A DNA stretch of 64,000 nucleotides from Gammaproteobacteria bacterium. GTDB taxonomy: Bacteria; Pseudomonadota; Gammaproteobacteria; Ga0077536. Of this stretch, positions 30,510 through 39,822 are shown in pieces. Location: NCBI GenBank assembly GCA_963662545.2, contig CAXXLL010000002.1, positions 1,952,001 to 2,016,000 of the forward strand, given 5' to 3'. The notes beneath the pieces were generated by a model. That model worked only from the letters and a program-made list of their open reading frames with translations, was not told the DNA's origin and did no database searches. Made by a program: the position numbers and the translations under genes. Positions within the stretch are counted from its first letter, which is position 1. Each line of letters starts with the position of its first letter.

Positions 30510-31349
30510 CGAATCGACTCGTAGCGGGAAGCTTCCACATCACGTCCCCGCTTAGACGCCCCGGTGATGTAAATATCGAGCTTGTTGGCCAGCGACCCAA
30601 GCGCCGCTTCACGTTGGATTCCAGTCAAGGTACCCGAATCGATCAATTGGACCAGGGCCTTGATGCGAAAGCGGTCGAGCGCCGGGATCCTGCGTGATAG
30701 CTGATCATCATGGCCGCCGTGTTTGACGACCAGTGCTTCCGGGACGAATAGCACCGGTTCGCGGGCAGTGAGTCGCAGCCACAGATCGTAGTCCTCACAT
30801 GCGGGAAGTGATTCGTCGAACCAGCCGATATCGTCAAAGACGGAGCGGCGCAGCAGCGCACTCGAGGGCGAGATCGCACACATGTGCAGGCAACGCTCGA
30901 AGATCCAGCCGCCGTGCTTACGGTGCTTGGTTTTCTGCGTGATCGGACGGCCATTGCGAATCCAGATCTCGTCGCAGTGGATCAAGCGGCAACGCGGGGC
31001 TTCCGCGAGCGCCTCCACCTGGCGTTCGAGCTTCGAGGCTTTCCAGATATCGTCGGAATCGAGCAGGGCGATCCAATCCGCGCCAGCAGCGCGGATCCCT
31101 TCATTGCGCGCCGCGCTCACGCCCCGATGGCGCCGGTAGAGGTAGCGCACATTTGGAAACGAGTTTCGCATCAAGGCCGCGGTGCCGTCGCTCGAACCGT
31201 CATCGACAACGATCACTTCCGACGGCTTTAAGGTCTGCGCCAACACCGATTCCAGCGCTGCGCTCAACCGGTCTGCCCGATTGTAGCTTGGAATGACGAC
31301 ACTGATATCGATGCTTCCGATCCGCGGCTTTCTACCCGCTAGGACTCAT
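30488..31349 (-). pseudogene. Family 2 glycosyltransferase with an apparent +1 frameshift near its start
   Basis: ISVVIPSYNR, VVDDGSSD, GVSAARN, LDSDD, EDYDLW; ATG 31349 is out of frame by one base (extra G in the run at 31335-31337). Confidence 0.8.
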
Positions 31350-32029
31350 TGGAGTAGCGGGACGCTCGGGCGTTTCAAAAACGGCGTCAGGATCGTGCCG
31401 ACGACGAACCCTCCTATATGGGCGTGCCACGCGACGCCGGGAACGGTCGGGTCCGATAGGAGTGAACTCACGATCTGAACGACGAACCACAATATGATCA
31501 GCAGACCTGCCGATACGCCCAGGGGAGCAAGCGTAGTCCCCAGCGGCAGCATGACGAGCACACGCGTGCGCGCATGCAACAGCAGGTAGGCACCGAGGAC
31601 GCCCGATACGGCGCCGCCGGCACCGACCATCGGCACCAGCGAATGCGGCGAAACCACGGTCTGTACGAGGGCTGCGCAGGCGGCGCAAAACAGAAAGAAA
31701 CCGACGAAGCGTCCGTGGCCCAGAGCAGCCTCTACCTTGGTAGCGAATACCCACAGGTACAGCAGGTTGCCGGCGAGGTACAGCAAACTGGCGTGCAGAA
31801 AGATCGACGTAAGCAGCGTCCAGGGCGGTGCGATCAGGTCCAGCGATTCTGACAACGCGGCGTGGCCCGTCAGCACGCCTGGAATCAGGCCGAGTACATA
31901 GATCGCTTGTGTGAATCCGCTCCCGCCCAGAGTCATCTGCCAGAAGTAGGCCCAGATACACACGATCATGATGCCGACTGTGCAAATAGGCTTGATGGCG
32001 GTTGAATTATCATTATGAATCGGGGTCAT
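31346..32029 (-). CDS. Rhomboid-family membrane protein lacking the catalytic Ser
   Basis: TSIFLH, GNLLYLW.F...VE..LG, GAGGAVSGVLGAY (GxSG reads GAGG), AHIGGF. Confidence 0.85.
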   Translation of the reverse strand: MTPIHNDNSTAIKPICTVGIMIVCIWAYFWQMTLGGSGFTQAIYVLGLIPGVLTGHAALSESLDLIAPPWTLLTSIFLHASLLYLAGNLLYLWVFATKVEAALGHGRFVGFFLFCAACAALVQTVVSPHSLVPMVGAGGAVSGVLGAYLLLHARTRVLVMLPLGTTLAPLGVSAGLLIILWFVVQIVSSLLSDPTVPGVAWHAHIGGFVVGTILTPFLKRPSVPLLQ

Positions 32030-32068
32030 GATCGCTGCGATCTCACCGGGAGTAGGTGACGGCTCGGC

Positions 32069-32617
32069 TCATTCCCGCGGCGAGGGATCGAAGCCGTATA
32101 CCAAGCCGACGCGACTGCGTTCGATCATCGCAATGGATAAATTCGCACCTCGCCACTCCATGGCCGACGGTATGTCGTCCGCGCCCTCGAATCGCAGCAG
32201 CTCCGAGCAGGTTTCAAGATCGCGATCGTCCAACACGCCGATGCCGATGCCGCTGACTAGCAGAAGGTTTCCTTGGTCGTCGGCCAGAACGGTTTGGAGG
32301 TCATTACCAGCGATGCCGGTATGGGTGGCAAAGCCCTCTTGCGGATGGTAGCGGAACACCCAGGGCGTATATTCGAGATCGACAAACACGCGCTGGGGCC
32401 CGTTCTGAACGTACCAACGTCCCCGTTCATCCGCCCGATAATGCTGCGACAGAAAAGCAATCGCACGCGCGTGGCGGATCGGTTCACCCTGAATGCGCCA
32501 ACCGCCGCGGCGATCCAGTGCTAGCCACCCGAAGCATTGCGGCACATTCGGCCACTTCGCCATGGCGCGCACTACGGCGTCGTCGAATTCGGGCATGCGT
32601 TTATCCTGGGCGGTCAT
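32069..32617 (-). CDS. DUF2946-like protein
   Basis: D..V.RAMAKWPNVP.CFGWLALD.RG.WR, QNGPQRVFVDL.YTPW. Confidence 0.75.
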   Translation of the reverse strand: MTAQDKRMPEFDDAVVRAMAKWPNVPQCFGWLALDRRGGWRIQGEPIRHARAIAFLSQHYRADERGRWYVQNGPQRVFVDLEYTPWVFRYHPQEGFATHTGIAGNDLQTVLADDQGNLLLVSGIGIGVLDDRDLETCSELLRFEGADDIPSAMEWRGANLSIAMIERSRVGLVYGFDPSPRE

Positions 32618-33910
32618 TCATCGCATCCCCGGCAGTGCCGAGGCCACCTCGACGATAGCCGCCGTCAAGCTAGCCAGTTCCTCATCGTCGATGATGTAGG
32701 GTGGCATCACGTAGATCAAACGTCCGAACGGACGCACCCACACGCCCCGTTCGACGAATGCTAGCGGTACCCGATGCATGTCGACGGGCTCTTCGACTTC
32801 GACAACACCAATGGCGCCCAACACGCGCACGTCGCGAACGTTCGCGAGTTCACGGCATGGAGCGAGGCCTTGCATGAGCGTTCGTTCGATGCGCGCGATG
32901 TTTTTTCGCCAGTCGGATTCCAACAGGAGATCAATGCTCGCGCGCGCGCAAGCGCAGGCCAGTGGATTGGCCATGAAAGTGGGGCCGTGCATGAACACGC
33001 CGGGTTCACCGCGACAGATGGTGTCTGCGACTTCGCGGCTGGTCAACGTTGCGGCAAGTGTCATGTAACCGCCCGTCAGTGCTTTACCAAGGCACATGAT
33101 GTCCGGCGATATCCGCGCGTGATCGCACCCGAACAACTCCCCTGAGCGCGCGAAACCCGTTGCGATCTCGTCAGCGATCAATAACAGTCCATGCTCGTCG
33201 CAGATTTGGCGCACGGCCGCGAGGTATTGCGGATGATAAAACCACATACCTCCCGCTCCCTGTACCACGGGTTCGAGCACAACGGCGGCGATGTCCTTCT
33301 CATGCGCTTCGACGAGCGCGCGAAAGGGCTCGAAATCTGCAGGATCCCACGCCGCGGTAAAAGCGATATCCGGCCGTGGAGCGAACAGATGTTGTGGCAA
33401 CACCTCGCTGAACAGGCTGTGCATGCCGGTGACCGGATCACAGACTGCCATCGCGCCGAAGGTGTCGCCATGATAGCCGCCGCGTATGGTGAGCAGCCGG
33501 CGTTGGGGCTCACCGCGGGCTGCGCGGTACTGCAAAGCCATTTTTATGGCGACTTCGACCGCGACGGATCCCGAATCGGCGAAGAACACGTGTTCGAGTC
33601 CGGCCGGCGCAAGATCGATCAGTCGCCGCGCCAGATCGACCGCGCCTTCGTGGGTCAATCCACCGAACATGACGTGGGCCATGGCGTCGAGCTGGACGCG
33701 CACGGCGTCGTTTAAGCGTGGATGGTTGTAGCCGTGTATCGCGGACCACCACGATGCCATACCGTCGATGAGTTCGCGCCCGTCGGCGAGTTGAATACGC
33801 GTTCCCGCAGCACCGATCACCGGAAAGACCGGTGGGGGATCGACCATAGAGCTGTAGGGATGCCAGAGGTGCTCCCGATCGTAGGCGAGCCAGGCCGGGG
33901 AGGCGCTCAC
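32618..33910 (-). CDS. bioA: Adenosylmethionine--8-amino-7-oxononanoate transaminase
   Basis: HLWHPYSSM, DGMASWW, DSGSVAVEVAIKMALQY, YHGDT, DEIATGF, GKALTGG, HGPTFMANPLAC. Confidence 0.97.
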   Translation of the reverse strand: MSASPAWLAYDREHLWHPYSSMVDPPPVFPVIGAAGTRIQLADGRELIDGMASWWSAIHGYNHPRLNDAVRVQLDAMAHVMFGGLTHEGAVDLARRLIDLAPAGLEHVFFADSGSVAVEVAIKMALQYRAARGEPQRRLLTIRGGYHGDTFGAMAVCDPVTGMHSLFSEVLPQHLFAPRPDIAFTAAWDPADFEPFRALVEAHEKDIAAVVLEPVVQGAGGMWFYHPQYLAAVRQICDEHGLLLIADEIATGFARSGELFGCDHARISPDIMCLGKALTGGYMTLAATLTSREVADTICRGEPGVFMHGPTFMANPLACACARASIDLLLESDWRKNIARIERTLMQGLAPCRELANVRDVRVLGAIGVVEVEEPVDMHRVPLAFVERGVWVRPFGRLIYVMPPYIIDDEELASLTAAIVEVASALPGMR

Positions 33911-34959
33911 GATGCGTCGACAGCCTGCCAGTGAAGTTCACCCGGCGGGTCGAACACGACGATCGTCCCGGCCTTCGAGGATCGGGTGTGCCGCTTCCCG
34001 TCGCGCGTTCGACGTTCGAAGCTCATCTCGGCATCATTCACCGGCAGGCCGTAAAACGCGGGACCATTCAAGGATGCGAACGCCTCGAACCGATCGAGCG
34101 CGCGTTCTTCCTCGAACACCCGCAGGTATGCAGCCAGTGCGACCGGCGCATTGTAGATACCGGCGCATCCACAGTCTGATTCCTTCGTTGTTGCAGGGTG
34201 CGGCGCAGAGTCGGTACCGAGAAAGAAGCGGGCGTCGCCGGAACACGCGGCGCCACGCAAGGCGCGCCGGTGACGTTCGCGCTTAGCGAGCGGCAGGCAG
34301 TACATGTGAGGACGCAGGCCGCCGGCGAACATCGCATTGCGATTGATCATGAGATGATGCGGCGTGATCGTCGCCGTCAGCCAACGCGTGTCGCCGGCCA
34401 GAACGAAGTCAATCGCATCTGCCGTCGTAACGTGCTCGAACACGATCTTGAGTTCCGGATGGCGCTGTCGCAGCGGATCCAGCACGCGGTCGATGAAGAC
34501 CGCTTCGCGATCGAATACGTCGACGTCCGCATCGATTACTTCACCGTGCACGAGCAAGGGCAAGCCCACCCCGGACATCGCCTCGAACACACCGTCGAGC
34601 CGGCGGATATCGGTAACGCCCGCTTCCGAATGGGTCGTCGCGCCAGCCGGGTACAACTTGGCCGCGGTGAAAACTCCGTCGCGCGCGCCGGCAAGTAAAT
34701 CGTCGATTTGCGTAGTATCGGTCAGGTAACAAGTCATGAGGGGCTCGAATTGCGAACCATCGGGAAGACTCTTTTCGATACGCCGCCGGTAAGCATCGGC
34801 GTCCATCGCCAAGGTCACGGGCGGAGTGAGGTTCGGCATGACGATCGCGCGTCTGAAATGGCGCGCGGTGTCTGCGATCACGGCATCGAGCAGGGGCCCG
34901 TCGCGCAGATGAACGTGCCAGTCGTCGGGGTAGGGTATGGTCAATGAGGACTCGGACAT
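33907..34959 (-). CDS. pyrC: Dihydroorotase (homodimeric type)
   Basis: DDWHVHLRDG, IVMPNL, KLYPAGATT, HGEV, FEHVTT, YCLP, GTDSAPH. Confidence 0.97.
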   Translation of the reverse strand: MSESSLTIPYPDDWHVHLRDGPLLDAVIADTARHFRRAIVMPNLTPPVTLAMDADAYRRRIEKSLPDGSQFEPLMTCYLTDTTQIDDLLAGARDGVFTAAKLYPAGATTHSEAGVTDIRRLDGVFEAMSGVGLPLLVHGEVIDADVDVFDREAVFIDRVLDPLRQRHPELKIVFEHVTTADAIDFVLAGDTRWLTATITPHHLMINRNAMFAGGLRPHMYCLPLAKRERHRRALRGAACSGDARFFLGTDSAPHPATTKESDCGCAGIYNAPVALAAYLRVFEEERALDRFEAFASLNGPAFYGLPVNDAEMSFERRTRDGKRHTRSSKAGTIVVFDPPGELHWQAVDAS

Positions 34960-34987
34960 CGGTAGCTGAGATTAGCACGCGTGCTAG

Positions 34988-35149
34988 GGACCCTCTGAAT
35001 AAGTCATGGTGCGTCTGAATTGTTCATGCAATGGCGCAGATCAAGGCACGAACCGCAGGCCATAGCGGGAATTAGGGCTAAGGTTCGGAACGTAAGGCTC
35101 CGCAATTTCATGGGCAAGGCAGAAGTGCCATGACTTATTCAGAGGTTTC
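34988..35149. mobile_element. MITE family A, copy 2 (162 bp)
   Basis: TIRs GGACCCTCTGAATAAGTCATGG / CCATGACTTATTCAGAGGTTTC, flanks CTAG / TTAA. Confidence 0.9.
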
Positions 35150-35164
35150 TTAACAGGCCTGTCG

Positions 35165-36322
35165 CTACAACGCACCGGTTTTCTTCAACGCATCGACTTC
35201 GTCGAGGCTGAATCCCCAATCGACCAGCGCCGCGTCGTTATCCTGGCCGGCGAGTGGCGGTGCGCTCGGCACCTCAGGTGCGGTACGGCTGAAACGGGGC
35301 ATGGGCGCCGGTTGCGTGACGCCTTCGATCTCGATGAAAGCCTGGCGTGCCCGGTTGTGCGGGTGGCGCGGCGCTTCTTCGAAGTCGAGCACCGGCGCGT
35401 AACAGGCGTCCGTACCCAACAATAGTTGATCCCATTCATCACGCGTTCGCGTCTTGAATATCGCTTCGAACTTTTCCTTGAATTCAGGCCAGCGCTCGGC
35501 GTTCATACGGTCGTTCCTCAGACCCTCGTCCGTGACTTTTAGCAAGTCCAACAAGAGTTCATAGAACTGCGGTTCGGCGGCGGCAATGGTGATGTATTTG
35601 CCGTCGCTGGTCTCATAGGTATCGTAAAAATGCGCGCCGCCGTCGATGCGGTTTTTGCCTTTCTCTCGCCATGCCCCCTGCGCGTGAATGCCGTACATCA
35701 TGGTCGTCAACAACGCCGCGCCCTCACACATGGCGACATCGATGACCTGACCATGGCCCGATTCCCGCGCTTCGAAAAAGGCGCAAGCCATGCCGAAGGC
35801 GAGCATACAGGCGCCACCGCCGTAATCACCGACGTAATTTGCCGGCGCGTACGGCTTTTCGCCGGGGCGGCCAAGCAGGTGGAGCGCGCCGGCAATTGCA
35901 ATGTAATTGGCGTCATGGCCGGACGCGTGGGCAAGCGGCCCGGTCTGTCCCCAACCGGTCATGCGCCCGTACACGAGGCGTTGGTTGCGTTCCAGGCAAA
36001 CATCGGGCCCGAGGCCGAGGCGTTCAAGTACGCCTGGCCGAAAAGGATCGATCATACCGTCGGCTGAATCGAGCAGCTTTAAGGCCGCATCGACTCCCGT
36101 GGATTTTTTCAGATCGAGTGCGATCGAGCGTTTGCCCCGATTGAGCAGGCCGTACTTGCCGGGGTTGTAAGAATCCCATTTTTCGCCAGGATATGCCCGC
36201 ACGGGGATCTTTCGATCGATGCGCAACACTACTGCGCCCATATCTGACAGCATCATGCCGCACAGGGGGCCCGGACCGATGCCGGCCTGTTCGATGATGC
36301 GAAGTCCCGCTAATGGTCCCAC
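35165..36322 (-). CDS. Family III CoA-transferase (alpha-methylacyl-CoA racemase-like)
   Basis: GPLAGLR, GIGPGP, NRGKRSIALDLK, FRPGVLERLGLGP, GRMTGWGQ, GHDANY, DYGGG. Confidence 0.92.
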   Translation of the reverse strand: MGPLAGLRIIEQAGIGPGPLCGMMLSDMGAVVLRIDRKIPVRAYPGEKWDSYNPGKYGLLNRGKRSIALDLKKSTGVDAALKLLDSADGMIDPFRPGVLERLGLGPDVCLERNQRLVYGRMTGWGQTGPLAHASGHDANYIAIAGALHLLGRPGEKPYAPANYVGDYGGGACMLAFGMACAFFEARESGHGQVIDVAMCEGAALLTTMMYGIHAQGAWREKGKNRIDGGAHFYDTYETSDGKYITIAAAEPQFYELLLDLLKVTDEGLRNDRMNAERWPEFKEKFEAIFKTRTRDEWDQLLLGTDACYAPVLDFEEAPRHPHNRARQAFIEIEGVTQPAPMPRFSRTAPEVPSAPPLAGQDNDAALVDWGFSLDEVDALKKTGAL

Positions 36323-36380
36323 GTCGTTCTCCCGCGCTACGTGAGCGCTTTATGCGTTGGTGGTTTGATGACAAATCTAG

Positions 36381-36642
36381 AACCTATTGCAAAATTATCC
36401 GCGTGTGCGCCGGGGGCCATTTTCACGCAGTTCAAGGAGCGAGGAGCGTGGCAAAGCATAAGCTAAATGAGCGATGAGCAACGCCAAAATGCGTGATAAG
36501 GGGTCCCGCCCGAAGGGTTGTGCTCTGAAAGCGCGCTTGTTTCTTTGCAGCGCTTGTACATAGAGCAACTCAGCCCTGCGCACTGCGCCTCGCCATCGCG
36601 CGCCCACGCACAACGCGCATGCGGATAATTTTGAGATAGGTA
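36381..36642. mobile_element. MITE family B, copy 2 (inverted relative to copy 1)
   Basis: TIRs AACCTATTGCAAAATTATCCGC / GCGGATAATTTTGAGATAGGTA, CTAG on both flanks. Confidence 0.9.
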
Positions 36643-36646
36643 CTAG

Positions 36647-36803
36647 TGTGCTGTCCCGTAATAAACCTTCATAATTCGCTGGTCCTCGCACCACGCTGCG
36701 GCGTTGCTCGTCGTTGCCGTATTCCCGATACGACGCCTCCTCGCGCCTTGCACCGCGGCACGAGTCCTGCGCGACTTATCGAAGTTTATTACGGGACAGC
36801 ACA
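36647..36803. mobile_element. MITE family C, copy 1 (157 bp)
   Basis: 20-bp perfect TIRs TGTGCTGTCCCGTAATAAAC / GTTTATTACGGGACAGCACA, CTAG on both flanks; I see one mismatch to 41623-41779. Confidence 0.93.
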
Positions 36804-36913
36804 CTAGTGTATTGTCTTACAAGGGCGAGTAAGTAGCCGCCGCCCAGTTACAGGCACTTTTCCTAAGCGTGCGGGGGTTCGGTGCCGTCGAGAAGCAAAA
36901 CGTCGAGATCGAA

Positions 36914-37075
36914 GCAACCTCTGAATAAGTCATGGTGGGTCTGAATGGTTCATGCAATGGTGCAGATCAAGGCACGGATCGCCGGCCATAGCAGGGACTA
37001 TTAACAAGGTTCGTAACGCCGAACTGCGCGATTTCATGGGCAAGGCAGATGGGCCATGACTTATTCAGAGGTTCC
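36914..37075. mobile_element. MITE family A, copy 3 (162 bp)
   Basis: GCAACCTCTGAATAAGTCATGG / CCATGACTTATTCAGAGGTTCC-CTAA. Confidence 0.88.
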
Positions 37076-37300
37076 CTAAGACCTCATCCTCGCCCGTTTA
37101 TCCAACTGATTGAAAGATCTCGATTGCCTTCCCGAAGCCGACCGACTCCTCGTCGATGGCAGATCACATTGTAAAAAAGCGTTAATGCCGGTTCCGGTCT
37201 ATCCTGGGAGTGAGTATGATGCGCGGTCAACCCCGTGAATCGCGGCTGAAGAGCAGCGTCGAATTTCATCTCGCAAGCCAATGAGTGATCACTCGAGCCG

Positions 37301-38254
37301 ATGGTGCCGGTGAATTCCGAAGCGTCCGAAAAGAATACGGACGGCGCCGAGGTGAGCGCGGTCAACGGCGCCATATGCACGATTGACGGCAAGGATTGCA
37401 TCTATTATGACGGCTATTGGATCCGAAATTACGAAGTTCCCAAAAACAAGGCCGCCGCACGCAGGGAACTCATCGATCAGCTGACCAAGCGGGTTTTCCA
37501 CCACACCGAACCCGGCATTAATACACCCGGCTACAACCTCGACGATGCCCGGCATGCCTTCGAGAATGAAACGCAGCCAGCGCGCAAACGCGTTAACGCC
37601 GCCATGCTGGCCGGCGCACTCCTGAATCGCGGTTCGGACATCTTCACGATGATTTTCGAGCTGAATAAACGGGGTATCGAAATTACCAAATCGAACGAAC
37701 TCATGCTCGAGTGCGAGTCCTGTTTTCTCGAGGCTTTCGACCTCGGCAAACACGTCAAGCATTACAGCGGCGAGGAGGGGCTCGACGAACTCTGGGGCGA
37801 ACCGCTGAAGGTTTTTTCCATGCCGATCGCCAGTTTCTACGAGTCGCGCTATATCAAGATTGCCCAGACCATGGCAGCCATCGATACCGTTGCCGCGCGA
37901 ATCCTGGAAACCTTTTTGAGCGTACGGGGTTTCGAGAATCTTCCTGAAAGCGTCGTTGCCTATGCCAAGGCGGCCAAACTCGAAAGCGAAACCATCAAAT
38001 CCGACCCTGCGATCTTCGAAGTGTGGCCAGATTTCGTCGTGACCGGTGACAAACTCGCCGCGTTCGAGCCGACACGGGCGATGACGAAGGAAGATCGTGC
38101 CATTTCGGTCCAAGGCGCTAAACTCGTACGCGAGGGCAAGCGCTTGATCGAATGGATCGCGTTTGCGCGGGTACCGATGCCGAAGACAACCGAAAAATAT
38201 TTTCAGGAATGTGCGGCCTTCAAGAACGCCGTCGAGGCGGCCCGCGCCGCCTGA
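37301..38254 (+). CDS. Hypothetical protein, predicted mostly helical
   Basis: 317-aa ORF with coding-like composition; YYDGYWIR, FHHTEPGINTPG, AMLAGALLNR, DELWGEP, FYESRYIKIA. Confidence 0.8.
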   Translation: MVPVNSEASEKNTDGAEVSAVNGAICTIDGKDCIYYDGYWIRNYEVPKNKAAARRELIDQLTKRVFHHTEPGINTPGYNLDDARHAFENETQPARKRVNAAMLAGALLNRGSDIFTMIFELNKRGIEITKSNELMLECESCFLEAFDLGKHVKHYSGEEGLDELWGEPLKVFSMPIASFYESRYIKIAQTMAAIDTVAARILETFLSVRGFENLPESVVAYAKAAKLESETIKSDPAIFEVWPDFVVTGDKLAAFEPTRAMTKEDRAISVQGAKLVREGKRLIEWIAFARVPMPKTTEKYFQECAAFKNAVEAARAA

Positions 38255-38284
38255 TCGCCCGCTCGCTGCGGCGCGCGAAATCCG

Positions 38285-39727
38285 GTGGACGCGCTTTCGA
38301 AAATCGCAAGTGTCGTCGGCCCAGCCAACCTCCTCACTGACACAAAGCTGACGGCGCGCTATCTCGTCGACGAACGCCGTCTGTACCAGGGACGGGCACG
38401 CGCGGTCGTGCGTCCTGGTTCGACCGATGAAATGAGCCGGGTCGTGCGAATCTGTTACGAAAACAGCATCGCAATGGTGCCCCAGGGTGGTAACACCGGA
38501 TATTGCGGCGGTGCGACGCCTGACGACTCGGGCTCGCAACTGGTGATCAGCCTCGAACGCCTGAATCGCGTGCTCGAGGTCGACAGCAGCGGCCATTCTA
38601 TGACCCTCGAAGCGGGCGTCGTCCTGGCGAGCGCGCAACAGGCAGCGGTCGAACACGGTTTGCTGTTTCCATTGAGCATGGGCTCGGAGGGCAGCTGCCA
38701 GATCGGGGGCAATCTGTCGACTAACGCCGGCGGGGTCGTGGTGCTCAAATACGGGACGGCCGGAGATCTCGTGCTGGGCCTGGAGGTGGTCTTGCCCGAC
38801 GGCCGCATCCTGCCAGGCTTGTCGGCCTTGCGAAAGGACAACACCGGCTATGATCTCAAACGACTGTTTCTGGGGGCGGAAGGAACCCTGGGAATAATTA
38901 CGGCGGCGGTCGTCAAGCTATTCCCGCGCGCACGCTCATCCTGTGTGGCTTGGGCCGCCGTAACCGACATCGAAGCGGCCTGCGAGTTGCTGGCCAGATT
39001 ACGTGCGGAGAGCGGCGACACCGTGACGTCTTTTGAATACGTTTCATCGTTGTCTCTGGCCCACGTCATCGCAGCCCTGACCCATGTCAGGCAGCCGCTC
39101 GAAGGTGATTACACCCACTACGTGCTCACGGAATGTGCGACGGACGCCGTGCCCATCGAACAGGCCTTCGCGACAGCCATGGCGGACGGGCTCGTTCTTG
39201 ACGCGACGCTTGCCCAAAGCGAAGCACAGCGACGCGCTTTGTGGCAGATCCGCGAATCGATTCCAGAAGCGGAGAAACGGTTGGGCGGATCGATCAAGCA
39301 CGACGTTTCAGTCACCATTATCGACGTCCCGCGCTTTATCGAACACGCGCGTCAGTCGATCGAAGCGGAGTGGCCGGATGCGCGCCTGTCGATTTACGGC
39401 CATATTGGCGACGGCAATGTGCATTTCAACGTGCTGGCGCCAGGCAACGCCGATGCCCTCGCTTTTAAGCGATCCCACGGCGACCGTATCAGCCGCATCG
39501 TTCACGACCTCGCGCACGAAATGAACGGAAGCTTCAGTGCGGAGCATGGCATCGGCCAACTCAAACGGAATTTACTCGCTCAATATGCCGGGGATGTTTC
39601 GCTCGAACTCATGTGCACGATCAAACGCGCGCTAGACCCCAAAGGTCTGATGAATCCAGGCAAAGTGGTGGCGTTGGAAGCACCGCGCGCCAGCGACGGC
39701 ATAAAAAGGGATGATAGGTCTGGATAA
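38285..39727 (+). CDS. FAD-linked oxidoreductase (D-2-hydroxyacid / D-2-hydroxyglutarate dehydrogenase-like)
   Basis: PQGGNTG, GSCQIGGNLSTNAGG, LRKDNTGYDL, GAEGTLGIIT, KHDVSV, GHIGDGNVH, SAEHGIG, MNPGK. Confidence 0.92.
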   Translation: MDALSKIASVVGPANLLTDTKLTARYLVDERRLYQGRARAVVRPGSTDEMSRVVRICYENSIAMVPQGGNTGYCGGATPDDSGSQLVISLERLNRVLEVDSSGHSMTLEAGVVLASAQQAAVEHGLLFPLSMGSEGSCQIGGNLSTNAGGVVVLKYGTAGDLVLGLEVVLPDGRILPGLSALRKDNTGYDLKRLFLGAEGTLGIITAAVVKLFPRARSSCVAWAAVTDIEAACELLARLRAESGDTVTSFEYVSSLSLAHVIAALTHVRQPLEGDYTHYVLTECATDAVPIEQAFATAMADGLVLDATLAQSEAQRRALWQIRESIPEAEKRLGGSIKHDVSVTIIDVPRFIEHARQSIEAEWPDARLSIYGHIGDGNVHFNVLAPGNADALAFKRSHGDRISRIVHDLAHEMNGSFSAEHGIGQLKRNLLAQYAGDVSLELMCTIKRALDPKGLMNPGKVVALEAPRASDGIKRDDRSG

Positions 39728-39822
39728 GTCCATATGCTTCAATTTCGACGCCTGAGACCGATCTTGCCGACCGTCATCGAAGCGTCTCCGGCGCTCGTAT
39801 AACAACGTACCTGATCATCGGA

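Noticed and set aside
36377-37079. MITE stack as a CRISPR array or integron cassette array
   Set aside because: No identical direct repeats with unique spacers, no cas or intI gene, and no RYYYAAC...GTTRRRY attC layout flanking ORFs.
37289-38656. 455-aa minus-strand ORF and other long antisense ORFs (e.g. 55768-57186, 50242-51264, 5608-6483)
   Set aside because: Shadow ORFs opposite better-supported genes in GC-rich DNA, with no recognisable motifs.
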